Assembly: GCA_039586365.1 (NCBI GenBank)
Contig: JBDHKN010000053.1
Coordinates: 1 to 34,881, forward strand
From: Gemmatimonadota bacterium
GTDB taxonomy: Bacteria; Gemmatimonadota; Gemmatimonadetes; Gemmatimonadales; GWC2-71-9
DNA: 34,881 bases
Direction: 5' to 3'
In this document: positions 20,279-29,130 of the stretch, piece after piece
Position numbering within the stretch: the first letter of the stretch is position 1
Layout of the letters: every line of letters begins with the position of its first letter
Notes under the pieces: generated by a model
The model's input: the letters and a program-made list of their open reading frames with translations, nothing else
What the model was told of the DNA's origin: nothing
The model's database searches: none
Position numbers and translations under genes: made by a program

Positions 20279-22552
20279 TTACTTTTCTTTGGTGGGCGGG
20301 TGTGCTGAGTCCTCCAGATCTTCCAGAATTTTCTGGCAGTCGGCACGGATCTCATCGGTAAGCTCGGGCGGTAACTGTCCGCAGAGTTTCAGGGCATCTT
20401 TGACAAGGCTGCGGGCGCGGGCGTGATCATTCTGTGCCAGACGACATCTGGCAAGTTCGAGTGCGCACAGTGCTTGCGAGTACTCCATTCCCACCACGTC
20501 CTGCATAACCTTCATTGCATCGCTCAACGTCTTCTCTGCCTTTTCGAGACGACCCTGTTGAAAATAGAAAATCCCAATGTCCACCTTGCAAGCTGCCTGG
20601 GTATGTTCTGACCCGGGAATACGCTGCAAGGTCTGAAGCGCCTGCTTGAAAGCATGCTCGGCTTCATCCATTCGACCAGAATCGCGGTAGACATTTCCTA
20701 GGCCACCTCCCATGCTCTTTGCCTGCTCGAGCTCCGTCCCGGGAATGCGTCGATATATCTTCAAAGACTCCTTGTACACCTTCTCTGCTTCTGAGAATCG
20801 GCCGGTAAGGTAGTAGCAATACCCCAAGTTCGCGATAGCCGCTGCCTGATAATACTCCGTCCCGGGAATGCGGCGATAGATATTCAAGGCCTCCTTGTAA
20901 TACTTCTCCGTTTCAGAGAATCGGCCGGTACTGGTCGAAATAGCAGCCAGATTCGCCAGGCATTTGGCAATCTCAAATTCGGACCCGGGTCTGCCGCGGT
21001 GGATCTCCAGGGCCTCTTTGAAGACCTTTTCCGCTTCAGGATGATGATTTGTATAGTAGAAGACACTCCCAAGGTTTGAAAGGCAATTTGCCGTCTCGAG
21101 AACATCCCCCGGAATCTGTCGAGAAATCTTAAGGGCGTTCTGCATTACCTCCTCCGCCTCGGAGTAACGTCCTATTACTACATAGAGTGCCCCCAGGTTC
21201 GAGATACATCTCGCTATTTCGCTTTCCGCCTGTGGAACATGACGAAACAGTCTCAAGGCCTCCTTGTATTTCTCCTCGGCTTCCGTGAAACGATTGGTCC
21301 AACGATAGACAGTCGCCAGGTTCATCACACACCGCGCGTGAATGAGGTCTGCTCCGGGGATCCCTTGACAGCGTCTCAATGCTTCTCTTATCGGATCTTC
21401 CGCCAGTACCCAACGGCTCAATGTCATGAACGCTTTACCCCGATGAAACCACCATTCGGCCGAATAGTCCTCCTCGATCACGGGTTTCTTGTACGTTCCG
21501 AACTCCCCTTCATGTGCATCCAGCAATGCTTTTTTCAAAGTCGACATGTCTCGGAACCGGTTTTCAGTTTCGGTTGAAAGGATTCTCGCAAGTATTCTTC
21601 TGAACACCTCCGGTAAAGATATGTCCGTGATCTCACCGACTCCATCCCTGGTAAAACTCTTGGCACTATCCCGTTCCAAACACGCTTCCCGACAGATTGG
21701 AAATGGATGGGATCCAAGGTATGACTCCAGCATCACCAAACCCATCGCGAACTGATCCGCTCTCTGATCCGCCCTGCAATCATTGGAAATGCTCTCCTCA
21801 TCCCATATCTCCCAAAAACTTGCGACTTGTTCGGGCGCCATGTACCCAGGCGTGCCGATAACATTCGTGCTGAAGTCCGTGAGCTTGAATTTCCCTTCAC
21901 CACCGATCATGACATTGTCTGGCTTAATATCCCGGTGGGCTTCGAGACCGTGTTTATAAGCGTGGAGTAGACCTTCACAGAGCTGGATCCCCAGTATCAA
22001 GGTCTCCCTGTACGTCAGTTTACCCCTATGATGGATACATCGCCTGAGGTTACCACTCGGCATGTATTCCGAGTAAACGAAGGGAATGTTCCGGTTCAAT
22101 GCCGGGTGGAGAACGTTTTCGAGGAGGTGCACGGTGATGATGTTAGGATGCTGCCCCATCTCGAGCCACGGTAGGGTTTCTTCCAGGAACACTCGGGAAA
22201 TCTCCTCCTGAAAACGTGGTGCGAGATCGAGATAATCGGGTTTAAAGAATGAGTTGAGGGTCTTCGCTGCATAAAGCTGCTTCCCCATATTCATCGATGA
22301 TTCCACGATGTAGACCACACCGATTCCACCCGATCGAAGGCCACTCACCTTGAATTCACGCTCCCCGAAAAGATCACCATGGCCCCAGGGGAGGTCGATG
22401 CCTCTGCCTGCAAGATCAGTCGCAGCCGCCTGGCTTTCCTCGTCAGGCCATTTTCCCGTTATATCCGGCTCCACTTTAACAAGCTTCTCAGGCGCTTTAA
22501 GCGCTTCTGTACGCCAGGATATCAGGGTTGTATGGATATCATTGATATGCAT
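20279..22552 (-). CDS. Hanks-type Ser/Thr kinase with C-terminal TPR array (copy A)
   Basis: SGGIGVVY, AAK, HRDIKPDN, TDFS, GTPGYMAPEQ, DQFAMG; about 42-aa TPR repeats; no transmembrane segment seen. Confidence 0.92.
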   Translation of the reverse strand: MHINDIHTTLISWRTEALKAPEKLVKVEPDITGKWPDEESQAAATDLAGRGIDLPWGHGDLFGEREFKVSGLRSGGIGVVYIVESSMNMGKQLYAAKTLNSFFKPDYLDLAPRFQEEISRVFLEETLPWLEMGQHPNIITVHLLENVLHPALNRNIPFVYSEYMPSGNLRRCIHHRGKLTYRETLILGIQLCEGLLHAYKHGLEAHRDIKPDNVMIGGEGKFKLTDFSTNVIGTPGYMAPEQVASFWEIWDEESISNDCRADQRADQFAMGLVMLESYLGSHPFPICREACLERDSAKSFTRDGVGEITDISLPEVFRRILARILSTETENRFRDMSTLKKALLDAHEGEFGTYKKPVIEEDYSAEWWFHRGKAFMTLSRWVLAEDPIREALRRCQGIPGADLIHARCVMNLATVYRWTNRFTEAEEKYKEALRLFRHVPQAESEIARCISNLGALYVVIGRYSEAEEVMQNALKISRQIPGDVLETANCLSNLGSVFYYTNHHPEAEKVFKEALEIHRGRPGSEFEIAKCLANLAAISTSTGRFSETEKYYKEALNIYRRIPGTEYYQAAAIANLGYCYYLTGRFSEAEKVYKESLKIYRRIPGTELEQAKSMGGGLGNVYRDSGRMDEAEHAFKQALQTLQRIPGSEHTQAACKVDIGIFYFQQGRLEKAEKTLSDAMKVMQDVVGMEYSQALCALELARCRLAQNDHARARSLVKDALKLCGQLPPELTDEIRADCQKILEDLEDSAHPPTKEK

Positions 22553-22643
22553 ATCGCTCTCATGGCCGTTTTTAGTTGACCGATCAATTTAAAAATCCGA
22601 AGCGCTTTTCACTGGTACGTCCGAATCTTTTCTGCACCCATTA

Positions 22644-22819
22644 ATGATACCATAGACAAGGGGGATCAGGTCAAGAAGGCTTAACCGAAAGTGAAAGCAA
22701 ATCGTGGCGATCCACGAGGCTTCCGAGGGTAAAAGAATTTGTTATTCAAAGAGTTGAAAGGTTATATTCTCAAGGCTTTCCTATTTACCATAATATCATT
22801 TTATATGGCCTACCGTCAA
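22644..22819 (-). promoter_or_regulatory. Two putative sigma70 promoters of kinase A
   Basis: TTGACC-N19-TATCAT (22674-22644) and TTGACG-N18-TATTAT (22819-22790), both retained in copy B while flanks diverge. Confidence 0.55.
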
Positions 22820-22867
22820 GTAGGAATAAAGTTGATTTGTCTATATTTTTGATCAGATGTGAGAATT

Positions 22868-22959
22868 AAAAGAGAGAACCTCTTTAAAAAGAGGTTCTCT
22901 CTGAGATTGAATGGCTCCCCCTGATCAACTCATTTCGTACTTTTTTTCTGGCTCCTTAT
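22868..22959. repeat. Junction element R1: terminator-like hairpin + TGGCTCCCC core + arm
   Basis: AGAGAGAACCTCTTT/AAAGAGGTTCTCTCT stem; core at 22912-22920; arm similar to R3. Confidence 0.75.
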
Positions 22960-22979
22960 GCAGATAGGAGGGAAATATT

Positions 22980-25511
22980 TCAGTATCTTGATGAACCCTT
23001 AGGAACTGCTATCCTGCTTCCATCGGATCCGACTACCATTATCCGGAAGGAATCCTCGTCCAGGATTTCGTCTGTCAGAGATGTCGCTTCGAGGGATATG
23101 ATATACTCACCTAATGGATAATCTTCATCGATAATGAACGATTCATCCCAGATCTTTTCATTCCCTCCACCCAAAGTGTATGAACGAGGGCCCTTCAATA
23201 AGGATTCAGTTCCTCCCACCGGTTTCAGCCACATGGTGAGTTCAAATGTTACGGTAGTATCTACCTCAGAGGAGAGAACAACAACGACTGGAAGGTTGTC
23301 ACCCTGAGGTATGGTTTCCAGCGGGCTATCGATCTCGACATCGATCTCTTTCCAATTACCTAAAAGGATAGTAACGGCATTACCCCAATTGGCCACTGCC
23401 AGGTCCTGATGGTCGTCCTCGTTGAAATCGCCGACCGCAACCGAACGCGGACTATCGGCTGTGCCATAGTAAATGGCCGGTTCGAAAGAACCGTCACCGG
23501 CTCCCAACAGGATAGCCGCATCATCACCAATGTCATCGGCCACTGCCAGGTCTTGATGGCCGTCCTCGTCCAAGTCGCTGATTGCGACTGAATAGGCTGA
23601 ACCACATATTCCATAAAAGGAGGCCAAACCGAATGAGCCGTTACCGTTGCCCAGTAAAATTGCCACATCTTCACTGTACCTATTGGCCGTCGCCAGGTCC
23701 TGATAGCCGTCTTCGTTGAAGTCGCCAATCGCAACGGAATATGGACCATCGCCCACGCCGTAGAATGAGGCCGTCCCGAACGAGCCATCACCATTGCCAA
23801 GGAGGATAGCTATATCATCACTGGATACATTGGCCGTCGCCAGGTCCTGCTGGCCGTCCTCGTCAAAGTCGCCAATCGCAACGGAATTTGGATAATCACC
23901 CGTGTCATAGAAGGAGGCCGTAGCGAAGGATCCATCACCATTACCCAAAAGGATAGCGACATTATTACTGGACATATTAGCAACCGCCAGGTCCTGATGG
24001 TCGTCCTCGTCAAAATCGCCGACCGCAACTGAACGTGGAGAATCACCCGTGTCATAGAAGGAGGCCGTAGCGAACGAGCCGTCACCGTTACCCAGTAGGA
24101 TAGCCAGATCATTACTCCAAGAATTGGCCACTGCCAGGTCCTGATGGCCGTCCTCATCGAAGTCGCCGACCACAACTGAACGTGGAATTTCCCCCACACT
24201 GTAGTATGAAGCCGTCCCAAAGGAGCCATCACCGTTACCTAGAAGAATGCCAACATTATCACTGTGATCATTGGCTGTCACCAGATCCGTATGGCCGTCC
24301 TCGTCAAAGTCGCCGACCGCAACCGAAAATGGACCATCAACCACACCGTAGAATAAGGCCGTCGTCAGCGTGCCATCACCGTTGCCCAGCAGGATCGCCA
24401 CATCATCGTTTATAGTGGTTTCCTCAATTCTGTTACAATTAGCCACCGCCAGGTCCTGATGGCCGTCCTCGTCAAAGTCGCCGACCGCGAGGGATGCAGG
24501 ATCTTCGCCCGCGTAATAAAATGAAGCCGTTCCGAAGGAGCCATCACCATCGCCTGGAAGAATAGCCACGGCATCACCGTAATAATTGGCCGACGCCAGA
24601 TCCTGATGGCCGTCCTCGTCAAAGTCGCCCACGGTAACCGAATAGGGACCGTAGCCGACAGTATAGAATGATGCTGTTCCGAATGAGCCGTCACCATTGC
24701 CCAGAAGGATAACTACGTCATCACTCCACTGGTTAACCACTGCCAGGTCCTGCTGACCATCCTCGTCGAAGTCCCCAATCGTAACTGAAGTTGGACCATC
24801 GCCCATATCGTAGAATGAAGCCGTAACGAACGAGCCGTCACCACCGCCCAGCAGTATAACCAGATCATCACCCCAATAATTGGCCAATGCCAGGTCTAAA
24901 TGGCCGTCTTCGTCAAAGTCGCCGACCGCAACTGAACCTGGACTATTACCCGCACCATAGAACGTTGCTGTACCGAACGAGCCGTCACCGTTACCTAAAA
25001 GGATAGCAACATCATCACTGGAAAAATTGGTAACCGCCAGGTCCATATGCCCGTCTTCGTCAAAGTCTTCGATCGCAACTGATCTTGGATTATTACCCGT
25101 GCCATAGAATGAAGCTGTCCCAAACGATCCGTCGCCATTGCCGAGGAGGATAGACACTTCATCACTCCAAAAATTGGCCACTGCAAGGTCTAAATGGCCG
25201 TCTTCATCAAGGTCTTCGATCGCAACTGAATATGGATTATCACCGACGCCGTAGAATGAGGCTATCCCAAACGAGCCGTCACCATTGCCGAGGAGGATAG
25301 ACACATCATTACCGTCAAAATTGGCCACTGCCAGGTCCTGACAACCGTCCTCGTTAAAATCTCCTATCGCGACTGACATCGAACTATTTCCTGCCGGGAA
25401 ACCGAACCTCGCCGGCCAGAAGTGCGGCCATTCCAGGGAATAAGAGATCGTATGCGCAATAACAACCAAAAGTAGAGCCATAAAGAACGCAGCATGGTTC
25501 CGTTTCATCAT
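22980..25511 (-). CDS. Secreted FG-GAP/VCBS-repeat protein, 14 repeats (copy B)
   Basis: Colinear paralog of 8159-10693; start set at MMKR (25511) after GGAGG, matching copy A. Confidence 0.92.
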   Translation of the reverse strand: MMKRNHAAFFMALLLVVIAHTISYSLEWPHFWPARFGFPAGNSSMSVAIGDFNEDGCQDLAVANFDGNDVSILLGNGDGSFGIASFYGVGDNPYSVAIEDLDEDGHLDLAVANFWSDEVSILLGNGDGSFGTASFYGTGNNPRSVAIEDFDEDGHMDLAVTNFSSDDVAILLGNGDGSFGTATFYGAGNSPGSVAVGDFDEDGHLDLALANYWGDDLVILLGGGDGSFVTASFYDMGDGPTSVTIGDFDEDGQQDLAVVNQWSDDVVILLGNGDGSFGTASFYTVGYGPYSVTVGDFDEDGHQDLASANYYGDAVAILPGDGDGSFGTASFYYAGEDPASLAVGDFDEDGHQDLAVANCNRIEETTINDDVAILLGNGDGTLTTALFYGVVDGPFSVAVGDFDEDGHTDLVTANDHSDNVGILLGNGDGSFGTASYYSVGEIPRSVVVGDFDEDGHQDLAVANSWSNDLAILLGNGDGSFATASFYDTGDSPRSVAVGDFDEDDHQDLAVANMSSNNVAILLGNGDGSFATASFYDTGDYPNSVAIGDFDEDGQQDLATANVSSDDIAILLGNGDGSFGTASFYGVGDGPYSVAIGDFNEDGYQDLATANRYSEDVAILLGNGNGSFGLASFYGICGSAYSVAISDLDEDGHQDLAVADDIGDDAAILLGAGDGSFEPAIYYGTADSPRSVAVGDFNEDDHQDLAVANWGNAVTILLGNWKEIDVEIDSPLETIPQGDNLPVVVVLSSEVDTTVTFELTMWLKPVGGTESLLKGPRSYTLGGGNEKIWDESFIIDEDYPLGEYIISLEATSLTDEILDEDSFRIMVVGSDGSRIAVPKGSSRY

Positions 25512-25561
25512 ACACCTCCGGTGCGAAAGGATTTGATAAGAGTTTTTCAAGAATCTCTAAA

Positions 25562-25577
25562 AGCAACAGTGATGCCA
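25562..25577 (-). promoter_or_regulatory. sigma54 promoter of FG-GAP copy B
   Basis: Minus strand TGGCATCACTGTTGCT, near consensus. Confidence 0.8.
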
Positions 25578-25772
25578 GTACAGCTCTTTCCTTGGATTAC
25601 GACTAATCTATTGAAAATAAATGAGATAGAGGATTTCTATGTGGTAGTTTGTGGAAAGGGTAATTTGTAAAGATTTAAAAAATATTACCGGACAGCCGTG
25701 AAAAAACCCGTGAGGGGAAGGTTATCTTTTTGGCATATCTATAAATAGACAAAAGTGTTAGTTTTTATCACT

Positions 25773-26061
25773 TTATCCTCCGGTGAGGACTTGGCGCATT
25801 TTTGTTTTCAAGAACTTGAGCGGGATATTATATGATTGAGACACTCGAATCAAGTCACCCTGATTCTCCTCGATATACTCCTTTATTATCGATTCCAGCT
25901 TTGACTTGAAGTTTAAGTAATTGATTCCCAACATGTTAGCTGCGGGGTTCATTTTCCAGCCACTCTGCCTGGGGGCATGAGCCGTTACCGCAACCACAGC
26001 CGAATCTTCCGGATCTGTCCCCATTCCAGTGATCGCGTTCCCAAGGAAATCGATGTCGCAT
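25773..26061 (-). pseudogene. Chimeric remnant: beta-helix 5' fragments fused to the activator HTH 3' end
   Basis: MGTDPEDSAVVA matches the 18437 gene; RQSGWKMNPAANMLGINYLNFKSKLE...LKTKM matches the activator C-terminus; original ATG at 26061 is out of frame. Confidence 0.9.
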
Positions 26062-26141
26062 TGTGACCTTCCTGGATCGTTGGTTTTGAAGTTATCAGGA
26101 AACCGGGACTATATAAGAAGCGACTTTCAAAACTCTCCAAA

Positions 26142-26157
26142 AGCAACAGACGGACCA
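26142..26157 (-). promoter_or_regulatory. Orphaned sigma54 promoter (copy of 20071-20086)
   Basis: Minus strand TGGTCCGTCTGTTGCT in the duplicated intergenic region. Confidence 0.6.
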
Positions 26158-26347
26158 GGGTGTGTCATTTTACGTTGACGGCATAACCTATTGTTTAATA
26201 ATAGGATGGGAGATCAAAGAATTGCAGATTTAGCAAAAAGGGTTCATGAAGGTTTTAAATAATATAACCTTGATAGGATGAAGGAAATTGTTAGGAGGGG
26301 CTTAACACTCTGCTATGTCTAAAGATAAGAAGCTGTATTATAATTTA

Positions 26348-28687
26348 TTACTTTTCTTTGGTGGGCGGGTGCGATGAGTCCTCAAGATCCTCCAGAATTT
26401 TCTGGCAGCCAGCACGGATCTCATCGGTACCTTCAGGCGGTAAAGGTTCGCAGAGTTTCAGAGTTTCTTCGGCCAAGCTACGGGCACTGGCGTAATCCTT
26501 TTGTGCCAGACAACATCGGGCGAGTTCGAGTGTGCACTGTACTAGACTATGCTCCATTCCCGCTATACCCTGCAAAATCTCCTTCACTTCGCTTAAGGTC
26601 CTCTCCGCCTTTTCGAGACGACCCTGCTGAAAATAAAGAATCCCCATGTTCGCCTTACATTGGGCTTGACGATGTTCTGTTCCAGGGATTCGTATCAAGA
26701 TCTTTAACGCTTGCTCGAGAGCTTGCTCGGCTTCTTCCAAACGGCCAGAGTCACGGTAAACGTGCCCCAGGCCACCCCCCAAGCACTTTGCCTGATCGAG
26801 TTCCGTCCCGGGAATGCGTCGATATATATTCAAAGCCTCCCTGTACCCCATCTCTGCCTCTGAAAAACGGCCGGCGCTGAGGTAACCATGTGCCATGTTT
26901 CCTGTCACCACCGCTTGCATATATTCCGTCCCGGGAATGCGGCGATATATCTTCAAAGCCTCCTTGTGCGCCTTCTCTGCTTTGGAAAATCGTCTTGTAA
27001 CGTCCCATACCGACCCCAAATTCGCCAGGCATCCGGCCAGTTCATACTCGGATCCGGGTGTGCCGCGATAGATTTCCAGGGCTTCTTTGTAAACCTTTTC
27101 TGCCTCTGGATAACGACTTGTAGTAAAAAAGATATTACCCAAATATTTCAAGCAACTTGCCATCTCGAGAACATTCCCCTGGATTTGCTGATAGATCTTC
27201 AGAGCATCTTGTATTGCTTTCTCAGCCTCGGGGAAGCGGCCGGTTCTACGATAAAGACCACCCAGTTTGAGGCTGCATCTCGCTATTTCACGTTCCTCCC
27301 GTGGAAGGCGACGTAGGAGCTTCAAAGCCTCTTGATATTTCTTCTCTGCATCGTGGAAGCGACAGGTCTCTCGATGAACCATCCCCAGATTCATCATGCA
27401 CTGAGCCTTAAAGAGGTCTGTCCCGGGAATCTCTTGGCTGCGCTGTAACGCCTCTTTCAATGGAGCTTCCGCCATTACCCAACGGCCCAACGTCATGAAC
27501 GCCTTCGCCCGATGAAACCACCATTCGGCCGAATCGACCACCCCAACAACAGGTTTCTCGTACGTTCCGAATTCCTCTTCATGCGCGGCCAGCAGCACCT
27601 TTTTCATGGCCGACATGTCTCGATACCGTTTTTCAGGTTCAGGCGAAAAGACCTTCGCAATGACCTTCCTGAACACTTCCGGTAAAGAATTGTACTCGAT
27701 TTTACCTACTCCATCTCTGGCAAAACTCTCGGCAATGTCCCGCTCCAAAGACGCTTCCCGACAGATCGGACAGGGATGGGACCCAAGGTATGACTCTAGC
27801 ATCACCAACCCAACAGCAAACTGATCCGCACGATGATCAACCAGATTGTTACCAGGTTCTATTTCCCCATCCCACATTTCCCACAATCCGAAAACCTGTT
27901 CGGGTGCCATATAACCCGACGTACCGATTACATTCGTGCTGAAATCCGTGAGCTTGAATATGCTCTCCCCAACAACCATAATGTTATCCGGCTTGATATC
28001 CCGATGGGACTCGAGACCATGCTTATAGGCGTGGAGCAGACTATCACAGAGTTGTATCCCTAGCGTCAGAACTTCCTTGTAATTCAGTGTACCCTTCTCC
28101 TTTAAATACTGCCTCAGATTGCCGCCCGGTACGTACTCAGAATAAACAAAGGGAATGTTCCGGTTCAAAATAGGGTGGAGAATGTTCTCTAACATGTGCA
28201 CGGAAATAATGTGAGGATGTCGCCCCATCTCGAGCCAGGGCAGTGTCTCCTCTAAAAACGCCTGTGCAATCTCCTCCTGAAGCCGTGGTGCAAGATCGAG
28301 ATAATCCGGTTTTAGGAATGAATTGAGGGTCTTCGCGGCATAGATCCTTTTCTCCTCGTTCATCGAAGACTCTACGAAATAGACCATTCCAATCCCCCCA
28401 GACCGGAGGCCGATCACCTTGAATTCACTCTCCCCAAACGTCTTACCATGGTTCCAGGGGAGGTCGATGCCTCTGCTCGCAAGATCAGTCGCAGCCGCCT
28501 GGCTTTGCTCGTCAGGCCACCTACCCATTGCCTCCGGCTTTACGCTGATGGGTCTCTCCTGCTCCTGGAGTGATGCTGTACGCCAGAGGGTCAGGGTAGC
28601 ACGGAAATCGTTTTTTTGACCATCCCTGTCATGATCGCTTCTGGTTGTCGGACCGTTCTGACAATCCGAAGTGCTCTTCTCTGGCAC
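26348..28687 (-). CDS. Hanks-type Ser/Thr kinase with TPR array (copy B)
   Basis: Colinear paralog of 20279-22552; GTG start with AAGGAG; HRDIKPDN, TDFS, YMAPEQ. Confidence 0.92.
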   Translation of the reverse strand: MPEKSTSDCQNGPTTRSDHDRDGQKNDFRATLTLWRTASLQEQERPISVKPEAMGRWPDEQSQAAATDLASRGIDLPWNHGKTFGESEFKVIGLRSGGIGMVYFVESSMNEEKRIYAAKTLNSFLKPDYLDLAPRLQEEIAQAFLEETLPWLEMGRHPHIISVHMLENILHPILNRNIPFVYSEYVPGGNLRQYLKEKGTLNYKEVLTLGIQLCDSLLHAYKHGLESHRDIKPDNIMVVGESIFKLTDFSTNVIGTSGYMAPEQVFGLWEMWDGEIEPGNNLVDHRADQFAVGLVMLESYLGSHPCPICREASLERDIAESFARDGVGKIEYNSLPEVFRKVIAKVFSPEPEKRYRDMSAMKKVLLAAHEEEFGTYEKPVVGVVDSAEWWFHRAKAFMTLGRWVMAEAPLKEALQRSQEIPGTDLFKAQCMMNLGMVHRETCRFHDAEKKYQEALKLLRRLPREEREIARCSLKLGGLYRRTGRFPEAEKAIQDALKIYQQIQGNVLEMASCLKYLGNIFFTTSRYPEAEKVYKEALEIYRGTPGSEYELAGCLANLGSVWDVTRRFSKAEKAHKEALKIYRRIPGTEYMQAVVTGNMAHGYLSAGRFSEAEMGYREALNIYRRIPGTELDQAKCLGGGLGHVYRDSGRLEEAEQALEQALKILIRIPGTEHRQAQCKANMGILYFQQGRLEKAERTLSEVKEILQGIAGMEHSLVQCTLELARCCLAQKDYASARSLAEETLKLCEPLPPEGTDEIRAGCQKILEDLEDSSHPPTKEK

Positions 28688-28936
28688 AGCCGCTCCTTTC
28701 TTTACGTATCAATGATACCATAGGCAAGGTGGGGCAGGTCAAGAACGTTTATACGAATATGAAAGTAAACCGTGGAAGATCCACGTGGAATATCGAGGTT
28801 GACTGATTGTGTGGTTCAAGTCGGTGAGGGGTTATAGTATTATGAATCGGCGATTTACCATAATACCATTTTACATGGCATACCGTCAAGTGAAAACAAA
28901 GAAGACTCGATTGTATTCTTGATCAGTTAGGAAGTT

Positions 28937-28993
28937 AAAAACGAGAGAACTCCCTTAAAAGAAGGTTCTCTCTACAAATAAGTATGGCTCCCC
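28937..28993. repeat. Junction element R2: hairpin + TGGCTCCCC core, different arm
   Basis: GAGAGAAC...GTTCTCTC stem; core at 28985-28993; similarity to copy A ends at the core. Confidence 0.7.
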
Positions 28994-29130
28994 GTTTGGT
29001 GTCTCAAAACATTATCTTGTGGCACTGAACGAAACTTTTTTGGTTTCTTAATAGTATTTAAGATAGCGCCCCATTGCTATAGCCGGGTCTCCTGGCCACG
29101 GCCCCATCGAGCAAAATGGGAGGTGTACTC

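Noticed and set aside
8159..25511. Diversity-generating retroelement template/variable pair
   Set aside because: No reverse transcriptase in the window; the paralogs are full-length and differences are not visibly adenine-specific
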